64,000 nt of DNA from Octopus vulgaris. Lineage: Eukaryota. Both the position numbers and the translations under genes were made by a program. Positions within the stretch are counted from its first letter, which is position 1; each line of letters begins with the position of its first letter. The stretch lies in contig OX597818.1 in the NCBI GenBank assembly GCA_951406725.2, forward strand, positions 91,450,001-91,514,000, written 5' to 3'. Under the pieces are notes generated by a model. That model was not told the origin of the DNA. It made no database searches and saw nothing but the letters and a program-made list of their open reading frames with translations. Positions 13,533 through 26,781 of this stretch are shown in pieces.

Positions 13533-14742
13533 ACGTACCATAGTTAAGGCAACCAACTTCTTTTAATTTTGCCGAAGGAATTGTTATATTTCCTGGCCGA
13601 GCACTGCAATTCAATGGTGAAAGAAACACAATTATGAGACTACAACATACATTCGATATGTCCACCTCTGTTTCTAGTCACAGCCTTTATTCTGGGTGCG
13701 AATGCTTTACACATGGCATACACCTGTCCGTGCGGGATCAAATCTCATTTCTGGTGCAATTTTGCCTTCAAAATGTCCAACGAAACATGAGAAATTCTCG
13801 TCTCCAAAACGGACAAAATAGAAAAATCCAACGGGTTGAGAACGGTCATTTTTGAGGGCCATATATCCTTGCCTGTGAATGAGGGAATGGCTTTTTGGGT
13901 CTATCAGTTTGGAGCTGTGCGTTGGTATCGAGTCCTGTTAGAGGCTCAAATATGCGCCTTCAAAATGCTCATTCGCCTATTGAAGCAGTTCAGCTTCCAG
14001 AAAGTTGCTAATGTATAATTCAGTTTTAAGTTTAACACCTGGGAGCACAAGATCAACCTGGGAACTTCCAGTGACTGTCACAATCTCTCAAACCATCACT
14101 GCCTATGGATTTTGACATCGATTTACGAGTCTACCCTCGATGGAGCCAGATACACTGTAAAGTCGGTCATTCTGGTGGCTTACTGTTTGTTCGATTTCAA
14201 ATTTCTTTTGATTAGTGAACACCAGGTTGGGCGGAGTGCCTTCAGCAATATAACGCAGGATAAGACAATTCTCTCCAGTCTCATGGCATTATAATCTTGC
14301 GTGAGCTCATGACGGCGAATCATCTTTTAGGGGTGGGTCCTTATATCCTCCTTCAGCACATGATACATCGATATTCGGAACGACAAAGATTTCACCGTAT
14401 CTATTTTCTGGTACTTTTGATAAGCTGAACGGTCTGCATATTTCCTTTTCGGTCACGTCCAGGTCGATCTGATGTGGGACGTGTCTCTTCAAATTTCTAG
14501 ACAATGTTACCAGACTGTTGTTGGGCTAATTTTAAGTTTTTCGGTGTAGCTGTATTATTTCACCTCAATTGTGGAGGGTTATGAATGTATTTGTGATTGT
14601 ATTTAGCCTTTATCTAATTTATAAATCTGAATTTATCTAGTCAGAAATACACAGAAGACACACTAAGCTATTTTATCGTATCACATTTATTGATATTTAT
14701 TACAGCCTGAAACTTCAGTTGCCTTAATTTCGAGACACCTTG
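13530..14742 (-). mobile_element. Decayed Tc1/mariner-superfamily transposon
   Basis: Imperfect TIRs sharing ttaaggcaac / gttgccttaa, both next to TA; remnant of a WPxxSPDLNP-like region near 13810-13870. Confidence 0.6.
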
Positions 14743-14885
14743 TATATATATATATATATACATATTTTAGAGCTGAGAGTTTGTCTTGTGGCTCGAGTTT
14801 CACGCAGATGCGATCTCTAGGCGATGATCGCACGGTGAGACATAATGTTCGTTTCAATTTTGATTAAAAAACTATACATATTGTC

Positions 14886-15099
14886 TTATTATTTTACTTG
14901 TTTCAGGCATTTGACTGCGGCCATGCTCGAGCATAGCCTTTACTTGAGCAAATCGACCCCAGGACTTATTCTTTGTAAGCCTAGTACTTATTTATCGGCC
15001 TGTTTTGCCGAACCGGTAAGATATGGGGACGTAAACACACCAGCATCGGTTGTCAAGCGATGTTGGGGGGCAAACACAGTAACACAAACATATACACCC

Positions 15100-15141
<42 letters not shown>

Positions 15142-15674
15142 GACGGGCCTCTTTCAATTTCCGTCTACCAAATCCACTCACAAGGCTATGGTCGGCCCAA
15201 GGCTATAGTTGAAACACTTGCCCGAGGTGCCACACAGTGGCACTGAACCCGAAACCATGTGGTTGGTAAGCAAGCTACTTACCACACAGCCACTCCTGCG
15301 CCTAGGTATATGTTTGGATTTTTAATTCTTTAACTTGTTTCAGCCATTTGCCTGCGGCCATGCTGGAGTACCACCTTTAGTCGGAGAAATTGACCCCAAG
15401 ACTTATTCTTTATAAGCCTAGTACTTATTCTATCGGTGTCTTTGCTAAATCACTAACCGTAAACATGCCAACATCGGTTGTGGAGCGATGGTGGTGGGAC
15501 AAACCCGGACCAATACATACGACGGGCGTCTTTCAGTTTCCCTCTACCAAATCCTCTCACAAGCATTTGGTTGGCCCGATGCTATATTAGAATATACTTG
15601 CCCAAGGTACCAAGCAGTAGGACTGAACTCGGAACCACGTGGTTGGTAAGAATGCTTCTTACCATACAGCTAAG

Positions 15675-15678
<4 letters not shown>
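14886..15678 (-). mobile_element. Two adjacent SINE family B copies
   Basis: Reverse-complement matches to 26351-26781 at about 14886-15304 and 15325-15678. Confidence 0.85.
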
Positions 15679-15716
<38 letters not shown>

Positions 15717-16339
15717 CACACACACGAAGAGACAGAGAAAGATGGAGCGTGAGAGAACTTTTTGTGAACTTAAAATTTGACATAAATATTTACCATGATA
15801 ACACAGCTTCGTGTCTGACACTGGTGTACAGTTAAAATTTGTTGTTATCAATATGAAGTGTTAACCCTTGTACTACAGAGCAGGAGTCAGCGCCGGCCGG
15901 ACCAATTTCGAGATATGGTTTCCATTTTCTCTTCAATGCTCTCATTTTTTCACTCTTACACCAGTTTCAATTACTTACAAAAATATAATCTTACTATTAG
16001 CTTCTCCGAATTCTTGCGAATAAGCATTGCATTGATAGCGAAACTAAAGGTGTTAGGTCAAATACATAATTATTATTTAGCGTGCAGTCGCTCGTTTTAT
16101 AGTCTGTCTCAGTTACGAACGGTATTATGTTAGGTTTGAAAATGTGCGTTCTTATGCAATAGAGAGTCGAGCGACCTGCTGTTTCAGCCCAAAGCGTTTT
16201 TCAACAAAGGAAACGTTTATATTCTTGTTAGCACTGAGCATGTAAGTTAACATAGAGAAGCAACAGAATCTTAATCAATGGCTAAAGATTTACAATTCTA
16301 TACAGCAATATCGCATATACATGTATACATACATACAGA

Positions 16340-16470
16340 GGGAGAGAGAGAGAGAAAAGAAGAAGAAGAAGGAGGAGGAGGAGGAGATGAAGAAGAAGGA
16401 GGAGAAGAAGAAGAAGAAGAAGAAGAAGAAGAAGAAGAACAACAACAACAACAAGGACAAGAACAAGAAC
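16340..16470 (+). repeat. Compound (GA)/(GAA)/(GGA)/(CAA) microsatellite
   Basis: Seen directly. Confidence 0.9.
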
Positions 16471-17256
16471 GAGAGGTTTGAGAAAGAGAGATATATAAAG
16501 ATATGTACGTAGGAATGTATGTATACATACATATAGTGAACTACAAGCATGAGGCAGGTGTCTACTAATGTTATCTGAACACGAACTAATGCGTGTTTCT
16601 GAATCAGTATTAAAGATGGTTAGTGTGGTCGATTTGGCGGTAGCTGACTGTTTTTTCATTCTTCTTCATGCTTTTGCTACTCTTGACATTGTAGTGATTA
16701 TAGTAGTTTTAGTACAATTTTTTTGCTATATTTCAATATTTTAATAATGCATTAGCTAGTATTTGTTTTGTGGGATATTGTTTTCAGTTTCCTTCCTGTC
16801 TTCGTAGCTTTTGTAGTTGTAGCATACAGGAAAAGAAAAAAAAAGAAAGGAAAAAAGACAGAAAGAAAGATCTAAAGAAAAAGGAGACAAAAAGGAAAGA
16901 CATGCAGATTAGAAAACAAAATAAAAGAGAGAGAGAGAAGTGAAGATTTGAAGAAATAAATCAGAAATGAAAAAATAAAAAATAATGAAAGAGGGAAAGA
17001 AAGATGAAGCAAGAGAATAAACGGATTTAAAAATATAAAAAAGAAAACAATTAAAACTTAAAAGAAAGAATGAATGATGCTTGAGACAAAAAACTGAAGA
17101 AGAGTGACGCTGAAAGTGAAAATAGGGGCAGACATAGCTCTGTGGTTAAGGAATGAACCCGAAAACAGGTCGTTTCATGTTCACTCCCACTATAGCCCAT
17201 GGCCGAACAATCCGTTGTAAGTAAAATTGGTAGACAACCTGCGTGGAAGACTGTCG

Positions 17257-17307
<51 letters not shown>

Positions 17308-17352
17308 TCGCGCGCGTGTGTGCTTGTGTGTGTGTGTGTGTGAATGTAAGTA

Positions 17353-17392
<40 letters not shown>

Positions 17393-18229
17393 TGTATGTA
17401 TATGTGCGTGAGTATTTTGTGTGTCCTTGTTTCGGTGTTGATTTGTTTACTTCTCTGTAACTAAGAGAATAAGTAGCAGATTTTAAAGTAAGTACCGGAG
17501 GTGAACTCTTCCGTTAGAAAATCCAAAGTGTTGTTCTAACATAGTCACAGTCTAATGACTGAAACAAGTAAACGATAAACGGTGAACGTGAAGGCATAAA
17601 GAAATACACTGAAAGATATAGAAAGTATAAATAAGCAGATACATAGTTTAGAGTATAGTCTCTTAAGAAACCCTAACACTCATAACATGAGAGATTAATC
17701 TAGTTCCCATGCCGTATAAGTTACTTAGATTATGACACTCCCGCAGGATGTCACGCCGGTCCGTCGAAGAGGGAACTTCTTAGCTATTACTGAAACACTT
17801 TCACAGATAAGTGAACTGGAATGAAGTGTTTTGCTCAAGAACCAATATCAGCCTCTTCGGAGTCTAATATTGTGTGTGTGTGTTTGTGAGTGAGTGTGTG
17901 TGTGTATGTGTGTGTGCGTGCGTGTGTGTACGTTTACTTGTGTGAGTCTCTTTGTTTGTGCTCCAAACATTTGACAATGGCGTTGCTCTGGTTATGTCCC
18001 CGTAAACAAACGGTTCGACAAAATAATACCAGACATCAAAAGAATCATAAGTACAGTGATCTTCACATTCGAATAAAAACCATTAAAGCATTACCCCAGC
18101 ATGGCCAAAATTCAATGACTGAAACACGTAAAGAAGATTAAGAAGAAAGGAAACAATAAATGTAAGAAAGGATTTCATAGAGCGAGAAGGGGAAAATTCC
18201 AGATAGGCCGACAATCAGATAATATAATA

Positions 18230-18442
18230 GAGTAATCCCTTGCCATATCGCGGTTCACCTATCGCGGTTTATTATATAAGCTTACTTTGATTCCTCTGTG
18301 GTGTTATTTTGCCTTTATAATAAAATATATACAAATTATAAAAATATTATATATATAGTACAGTACTGTTTCTACTTCAAGGATTTTCATGTATCGCGGG
18401 GTTTTTTGGAACATAACACCCGCGATAGTCGAGGGATTACTG
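18230..18442. mobile_element. Tigger/pogo-like MITE
   Basis: TIRs agtaatccct...atcgcgg / ccgcgat...agggattactg with flanking TA. Confidence 0.7.
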
Positions 18443-18495
18443 TATAGAAAATAAGTCAAACTAGTGTAAAGAAAGTATACAGTTAAAGACAGAAA

Positions 18496-18549
<54 letters not shown>

Positions 18550-19859
18550 TACTGTATCTCGAATATTGAGTTTCCAAACTGCTTTGGATAGGAAAAGTCG
18601 AAGGCTGTACGTGGGAATCGTGCCAGTATCTATATTTGAGTTTCAATATTCCGAAAAATAATTATTTCTATTTCCTCTCTAAGTTTCAAAATTCGTAACA
18701 TGTCAGCATCGAATAAAGTTTCTAAATCCGAATAAAGTTTTGAAGGTGCAACAGGAAATTCGAAATATTGCTTTGGCCAAATGATAGAACGTCTCTTTAC
18801 GGAAGATGTGAGTCGAAATTCTTCTGGCGTCTTTCGACTTCTATCCAAGTGAAGTTGTAACCTAATATTTTTGCACCTATTACGACGGCGAACTGGTAGA
18901 CTAGTCTGCATCCCAGGAAAGTTCCTTTTCTGCGTTCTGTCGGTCTTTATCTTCGGAGTTCAAATTCTGTCAAAGTGCACTTTGCTATTCATCCTTTCGG
19001 TGTCAACAAAATAAGTACCAATTGAGCACTTGAAATTGCTGGTCTTATTTCACAATTTGAAACTAATATTTACAGCTTGATTTAAATGTTGCAGAAAAGA
19101 ATTTTTTTGCGTTCGTCTCGAAGTTTCTAAATTCTGATGATGTAAGGAGATAGAATGAATAAATAAATATGAGAAGGAAAGAAAGATAATTGTAAGTTAA
19201 CAGAATGTAAAAGCACAATTAGCAAACATGTAGGGAATTAAAGAATTAACGAGTGAGTAGAAAAGGAGGAACAATATGGAGATACGAAGAAAGGAACATA
19301 AACCAGAAGAATGAATTTTGTAAACAGAAAAAGAAAGAATACCATTGAGAAAAAAAGTAAAACAAAAAAGCAGAAATGCTGAAAGCAAAAAATAAACAAA
19401 TAAATAAAATAAAAATATATAAATAAAAATATATAAATATGGAACAAAAGAAATAAAAAGGGAAAAGGAAAAAGAGGATGAAAGATGAAAATAAAGAATG
19501 AAGAAAAGGAAAGAAATATAATGAGAAATAAGTGAGGAATTTAAAAGGAATGCTAAGAAACAGGTGAAGAAATCTCGAAAGAAGGGAAGAAAATTAGAGA
19601 GGAAAAATAAAAAATAAAAATAAATGGATTAATGAAATAAGGAAGAATTTAATGAAAGAAAAATGAAAGAAAATATCAGACTGAAAAGAACCATTATATG
19701 TAAGAAATCCGCTTTGCAATCACGTGGTTCCGGATTTAGCCCCACTGTGAGGCATCATGGGATATTTGTTCTAAAATGGCCTTGGATCAAATGCAGCATA
19801 TTCGGTAAGGAATATCACGGCTGTGTCTTGAGGAATATCATTTATCGGAGTTTAGACAA

Positions 19860-19917
19860 TTGGTGATATATTTCCGAAAGGAGCGAATTCACGACGGACT
19901 GAGGGCTCATCAGACAA
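19860..19917 (-). ncRNA. Degenerate type I hammerhead motif
   Basis: Minus strand: uugu-CUGAUGA-g...g-GAAA-UAUA-UC-accaa. Core and AUAUAU palindrome present; G10.1-C11.1 pair lost; stem I weak. Confidence 0.35.
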
Positions 19918-20491
19918 GCAAAATATGTATAAGAAGCCTTCCTTTATAGGCTACTATTTCTTTGATGATTGTTTGATTTATTGTGAATATTTCTTTCTGT
20001 GATTTATGTAATTTGGTGTAACTCCGAGTGACAATAAATCATATATAACTGTGTGTTTGAGTATGTGCGTCACATATGCGCAAATGCATGTATGTATGTA
20101 TAGTATGCAAGAATAGTTGACTCAGCACATGATACAAACAAAATTATTTGTGGATTTACATTCCAGTTGCGTCCCTTTGCAACCAGATCGAATTTAGAGA
20201 CGTTCAAATATGAAAAATGCACTCCATGACGTACATCTGACTCGGCTTTTTCTGCTAATCCAATTTAATTCCTTAAAATGCTATTCTATCACGGCCCTCT
20301 TCGTACGACTTGAATCCGTAAAGGTACGAAAACTAGAACAAACTCTAAATGGAATGAAAAAAGCAAAAAAAGGAGGGAAAATGTTACAAAAGAACAAGAA
20401 AGAAAGGAAACCGAAAGAAGAAAGGAAGGAAGGAAAGAAGAAAGGAAGGAAATGAAGGAAGAAATGACCTTAAATGTCAGATAGTACTTAC

Positions 20492-20648
20492 TGCACCAGT
20501 CTGTTTCGGGTACCGTCTTTTCGTCAAAACTGACACCAGCGGCCGCAAGGAGCAGACGACATACATCTACATTGTCTCGTGCTGTTCCATAACCCTCACC
20601 TCCGCCATTAACATCAGTTTCACAACTGTAAAGTCTGTAGGAAGACAT
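20492..20648 (-). CDS. First coding exon of a divergent sigma-GST/S-crystallin-like paralogue (remaining exons not confidently found)
   Basis: aaaATG start; MSSYRLYSCETDVNGGGEGYGTARDNVDVCRLLLAAAGVSFDEKTVPETDWC aligns to S-crystallin exon 1 ([22 protein letters not shown]); ends in a phase-1 GTAAGT donor at 20491-20486, as does the neighbouring gene's exon 1. Confidence 0.85.
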
Positions 20649-20704
20649 TTTGATTCCTAATTTTTTCACTTGTAGTTATAGGATCAGTCTCTTGAAAATT
20701 TCTG

Positions 20705-20748
20705 ACTTCCGTCTCTAGATTTATCCACTTCCGGCTAAATTATAATAC
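20705..20748 (-). promoter_or_regulatory. Putative promoter of the GST-like paralogue: two ETS-type (C)CGGAAGT motifs plus TATAAT
   Basis: Minus strand reads gtattataatttagCCGGAAGTggataaatctagagaCGGAAGTcaga, 55-100 nt upstream of the ATG. Confidence 0.45.
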
Positions 20749-21192
20749 GCTCAGCCACCACAGATATTCTCCCTCCTTGCCTTTCATTAGTTTTTGTTTA
20801 ATTGCTGTGTTATAATGTTACTTATTATGTTGTTGGTATTGCTGATTGCATACTGTTGCTGATTTCGTCAAGGCCACAGTTTCAAAGATGAAGGCTACAT
20901 TATGAGAAAGCAATGTGAGATATGAATTCCGTAGCTATAGCAGATTAACTCCCACTGAACCTTGATGTATAGTCCTGTTTATTACATAGATATTTCAAGA
21001 CTTAGATCATTCCAGTGTTAACTATTTAAGTTTATATTTCTATAAAAAAAAGAGGCTATTTATAAAATTGACGATACACTTCTAGTGTTAAATTCATGCT
21101 AAATGTTATATATGTGTGTGTGTACGTGTGTGCGTGTGTGTGTGTGTGTAAGCATGTATGTATGCATGTGTTTTTATGCATATGTGCGTTTC

Positions 21193-21497
<305 letters not shown>

Positions 21498-22707
21498 TAG
21501 CGTACGTATTTATTTATATAATATGATATTTATATATGACTGCTGCGGTTAGTGGAGGAAATAACTCGATGAAGGAAAATGTTTGAAAACTGAGCTGAAG
21601 AAATACAAAGAAGTCATATGTTGCATAAAGTTACAGTGTTAAATTGAAATAGCAATAATAAAATTACAATACGATTTATGTTAATATTAATCATAGCATG
21701 TATAAAAACATAATATTATATACTTTTTTTAATGTAATGTTGTTGCTATTTGAACTCTAGAACTGACTGGTCGTAATCTATAGTTTAAAATTATAGCCAA
21801 GCTAGTCATACACACCCCTACGACATTCAGTGCGTAATTATTATTTCAGCTGAGTGAATAATACTGTGTATGTAAGACCAATTAGAAAACAATGCTAGAG
21901 AGCAGGAAAGTAGACCCAAACACCTCGTTAGTGTAATCGACTTCACTTAAGTTCACATAAGTTCACATAACGAATCAGATAAATACGTGTGTCGTTCTAA
22001 TTTTGTACGGATTACGGACGGTGAAAGGAAGGGGGAGCGAAGTTTCCCGACAGCATGTGTCATCTATTATTTGTTTCTTTCTTGTTTCTTTCTTGTTTCT
22101 TTCTTTCTGTTTTTCTCCCATTGTCTGTTAATTGTCTGCACTAGTCACACAAGAAATAATGATGACTTGTGTGTAATGAAATCTTATTGGTATATATAAT
22201 CTACTTTTTGATGATTCTCGGTATTAAAACCGTCCTTGGTCCATTGTCAGATTTCACATAATAATCTTTAGTGATTGTTCTAACGATGTACTTTGTATTG
22301 TCTTCTTTAATTGTTGCTTAATTATTCTGTATGCGTGTGTACGTGTGTATGTTGGTTTTAGTTTAGCAATGTCTCTAAATTGCACCACAACTGAATTTAA
22401 GAAACAAGCACAGCACGAACACAACTAAATAAAAACCAAAAAATTCAAATGGTAACTTGAATTTGATAAAACACATAATTATTATAAAGAATGACTTGAG
22501 GGTGAAATATATATCTTTCTACTCAATCATATTAGAGCAGCACCTACAGGCATTTTCAAATATTCTGTAACGAGAGAATCAGGATATAGATTTAACCAGA
22601 AATCCTGAAGAACGTATGTACGAAGAAAGAATTACACGGACTCAATGCGATGAGGATCTTACTGATATAACTCAGTAAATGAATGGTTAATATGCTTGTT
22701 ATCTTAG

Positions 22708-23011
22708 AACCGTTCGGTCACAAATGACCATAGGATTGCACCTAGTCCGGGCAAGGTTGTTTCATGGGTGACCAGTAGTCACCCATGTATAGCAGTTTCT
22801 CCTCTCCACTGATGTTGTCCAAGGGAAAGGCAAAGGCAGATACACTTTGTCATCAGTGACATCGCAACTCATTTGTACAGCTGAGTGAATTAGAGCAAAG
22901 GAAAATAAAGTATCTTGCTCAAGAACACAACACAGCCCAGTCCGATAATCGAACTTACTATCTCATGATTGTGAACCCGACGCTCTAAAGACTGAGCCAT
23001 GCGCCTTCACA
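22708..23011 (-). mobile_element. SINE family C copy
   Basis: Aligns with 58581-58911 along its length. Confidence 0.8.
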
Positions 23012-23060
23012 TGCTTGGTTTTAGTATTGTATTTAATGGGCGAGATATAACAGAGTCAAA

Positions 23061-23510
23061 GGCGGCGAGCTGGCAGAAATGTTAGCACGCCGGGCGAAAT
23101 GCGTAGCCGTATTTCGTCTACTGTTACGTTCTGAGTTCAAATTCCGCCGAAGTCGACTTTGTCTTTCATCCTTTCGGGGTCGATTAAATACGTACCAGTT
23201 ACGCACTGGGGACGATATAATCGACTTAATACCTATGTCTGTCCTTGTTTGTCCCCTCTGTGTTTAGCCCCTTGTGGGTAATAAAGAAATAGAAATGTTA
23301 GCACGCCGGGCGAAATGCGTAGCCGTATTTCGTCTACTGTTACGTTCTGAGTTCAAATTCCGCCGAAGTCGACTTTGCCTTTCATCCTTTCGGGGTCGAT
23401 TAAATAAGTACCAGTTACGCACTGAGGTCGATATAATCGATTTAATCCGTTTGTCTGTCCTTGTTTGTCCTCTCTGTGTTTAGCCCCTTGTGGGTAGTAA
23501 ATAAATAGGT
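23061..23510 (+). mobile_element. SINE family A, dimer
   Basis: Two near-identical units of about 195 bp (duplicated MLARRAK... pseudo-ORFs). Confidence 0.88.
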
Positions 23511-23879
23511 ATAATAGAGTCAGTCAATATTCGTGGTGGTAAAAATACATAGAAATGTTATGATAAAGATACATAGAATACAAAATGCAAATAACGCAAC
23601 TTTTGACATATGTTGTGACCGTCCGTGAAATTTCTTGTGTGTGTGTTTGTGTTTGTGTGTAAGGGTTCGCATTTCATGTATCCATGCCTTTCATATCGAT
23701 TTATTTATTTATTGCATCTATCTCTGCATCTTATATTTATCCCAGGTATATAACAAATATCTTTATATATATGTTTATTTTTTATACATCTATTTCTATT
23801 TCTCATAAGTATCACAGGTAAGTGCATATGTCTTTTGTGTGTGTGTATTACCCTGTATATATGATTTACGATTTTCTTC

Positions 23880-24602
23880 TCTCTCTTCTGATCCCTTCTG
23901 TCTTTAATCTTATGGCGTCGTGTGGTGGTGGGTGTTACTGCTCTGTTGCTTTTTTTTCTATTGAAGCTCGGTCTGACTACAGCTATGTGTGTAGCCTCTG
24001 TGATCTGTTTAATTGTCGTGTCAGTTCTATGTGTCGATAATACCTTAACCTCTATGCTATTAATCGGGCCTCCACGTTCTGCCTGAGCATGTTGATAGAG
24101 CACTGACGAGCTTTTCCCTGCTTTGAGCTCTCGCCTATATCCATCTCTACGCCCTCCTATGCTGCGTGCAGTCTCTCCAATGTAGATAGTTGTCATGTTT
24201 CTGCCCCGTTCCTCAGTACATCGTACAGTTTACACTACATTCCAAACGTTACAGTTAACCCGTGGGTTCATCGTACATACAACACAATTGTTCTTAGTAC
24301 AGGGGAACTTATCAAAGGGTTAGGTATTGCAGATGAGGGATTTTAAAGGGGTACTAGGCCACTCTACTACTTTAATTCGTAGATTAGCCTTACTTAATGT
24401 AGCATCGACGAACATGACACTCTGGTATTTTTTGTTGTCATACCAAGTGTTGGCGTTATTTATCTTCCTACTGGTCCTTTCTGAACAGTTCCAGTATTTA
24501 CTCCTGTATAGAGGGTAGACCCCTTAGTATCACTCTCTATGGTGGCTTTGTATTTAGTCCTCCTGGCTCCTTTGTATACTCTTGCAAGACAAATTGATAA
24601 CC

Positions 24603-24604
<2 letters not shown>
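23880..24604 (-). mobile_element. Penelope-like element 3' fragment with GIY-YIG endonuclease
   Basis: Translation includes a Cys-rich linker (CTKNNCVVC...CNVWNV) followed by IYIGETARSIGGR...VLYQH...ITEATHI...PSFNRK, typical of a PLE GIY-YIG domain; decayed and abutting (TA)n. Confidence 0.8.
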
Positions 24605-24668
<64 letters not shown>

Positions 24669-24721
24669 ATCGTGTGTCTGTGTTTGTCCCCATAGCATTA
24701 CTTGACAACCGATGCTGGTGT

Positions 24722-24778
<57 letters not shown>

Positions 24779-25451
24779 TGGAGGTTCATAATTATCAGCG
24801 ACAACAGGAATTTGAAAATAAAAATATATTAAAAATATATCAAAACACCGTTCTCCTGTTATTGTTAGAAGTTTGATTTAAACCCAGTATGAGATATTTC
24901 CAATAAATTCTCCTGAATGAAACATACCAAAAGACTACACTGCCATATCCCTCGTACACTATAACACGGAAACATGCACGTGCCTCATTTTGCATTCAAT
25001 TTCCTACCTTAAATCATCCTATTTAGCCCAGCATCCAACTTCCGCCAGGTAACGACTAGCATGTAAAACAAATTTTCACCGGAATTGCATTATTATTTCT
25101 TTTTTAATTCTTCTTTGGTTTTTCAGGTTTTACATCATCGTTTCTCCTTTCTTTCCATACTACATCCTACCCGATCAAGAAACTCTTTTCAATTTTACGA
25201 ACGTACAAAATTTAGATGATGACAGTGAAATTTCAATTCTTCGGTCTCTCTTTCCACCTAGCTGTGCTTTATCTACATTTTAAGAGTGACCTCAATATCA
25301 TTGAAGGATTTAGGAAAAAAAACAGAAAGACAGAAAGGAAGAAAGAAAGAAAGAATGAAAGAAGGACAGAAAGAAAGATAGAAAAGAAATAAACCACAAA
25401 ATATTGTACGAAATACAATATTTTCCTCATTGCAGGTATCTATACCCAAAA

Positions 25452-25870
25452 GGCGGCGAGCTGGCAGAAACGTTAGCACGCCTGGCGAAATGCTTATCGG
25501 CATTTCGTCTGCCGCTACGTTCTGAGTTCAAATTCCGCCGAGGTCGACTTTGCCTCTCATCCTTTCGGGGTCTATAAAATAAGTGCCAGTTACGCACTGG
25601 GGTCGATGTAATCGACTTTATCCGTTTGTCTGTCCTTATTTGTCCTCTCTGTGTTTAGCCCCTTGTGAGTAGTAGAGAAATTGGTATTTCGTCTGCCGCT
25701 ACGTTCTGAGTTCAAATTCCGCCGAGGTCGACTTTGCCTTTCGTCCTTCCGGGGTCGATTAAATAAGTACCAGTTACGCACTGGGGTCCATACAATCGAC
25801 TTAATCCGTTTGCCTGTCCTTATTTGTCCTCTCTGTGTTTAGAGTCTTGTGGGTAGTAAAGAAATAGGTA
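25452..25870 (+). mobile_element. SINE family A, dimer
   Basis: Same consensus; the body restarts near 25682. Confidence 0.88.
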
Positions 25871-26350
25871 TTTATACCCACAACACAAAAATAATATTTA
25901 CAAATGAAAAAGTAACAAATAGAAATGGCAGTTGAGATTTCAATAAAATTGGTGGAGTCGATCGAGCCTTTGCCGCTTGTATTTGTTTCAGTTCTCTGAG
26001 TTGTAAGTTCAAATCAATTATAAATCAACTTTGCATTTAACCTGCTTGGGTGAACGGTGAGATAAAAAAAAATGCCAATACAAAACGATGGACTGGCGGA
26101 ACTGTAAGAACATGCGACCGTATGCCTTGTGGTGTTCTTGTTTTATTTCTTTTTGTGTCCGGAGTTCAAATCCTATCATTAACAACTTAACCCGTTACCA
26201 GGTTTAGCAACGCCACCTGTTACCTTGGGTACAACGAGGAGAGTGCAAGAATTCACGCTAGGTTTCCCGGAGACCCTGTAAAGGGCTTAGAGCATTGCTT
26301 TCCTTCCCGACTAAAATATTAAAAAGATATTTAATACGATAGCTGATATA

Positions 26351-26525
26351 TAGGCGTAGGAGTGGTTGTGTGGTAAATATCTTGCTTACAAACCACATGG
26401 TCCCGCGTTCAGTCCTACTGCGTGGCACTTTGGGCAAGTGTCTTCTACTATAGCCGACCAAAGCCTTGTGGGTGGATTTGGTAGACGGAAACTGAAAGAA
26501 GCCCTTCGTATATATGTATATATGG

Positions 26526-26586
<61 letters not shown>

Positions 26587-26781
26587 GTCTGTGTTTGTTT
26601 CCCGCAACATCGCTTGACATCCGATGGTGGTGTGTTTACGTCCCCGTAACTTAGTGGTTCGGCAAAAGTGACCGATAGAATAAGTACTAGGCTTACAAAG
26701 AATGAGTCCTGGGTGAGATGTGCTCGACTAAAGGCGGTGCTCCAGCTTGGCCACAGTCAAAATGACTGAAGCAAGTAAAAA
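26351..26781 (+). mobile_element. tRNA-derived SINE, family B, with internal (TA)n
   Basis: aggcgtaggagtggttgtgtggtaa...gttcagtcc head, central (TA)n, and tail ...aataagtactaggcttacaaagaat...aatgactgaagcaagtaaaa. Confidence 0.85.

Noticed and set aside
15995-16050. QEFG/AR-EFG-like stretch with GTAAG donors as a GST exon
   Set aside because: Needs a frameshift and the match is too short to distinguish from chance.
18630-18911. 93-aa ORF as exon 2 of the GST-like gene
   Set aside because: No GST motif in the listed frame, none evident to me in the others, and no suitable splice sites.
23079-23483. Duplicated MLARRAKCVAVFRL... ORFs
   Set aside because: Translations of a SINE dimer, not genes.
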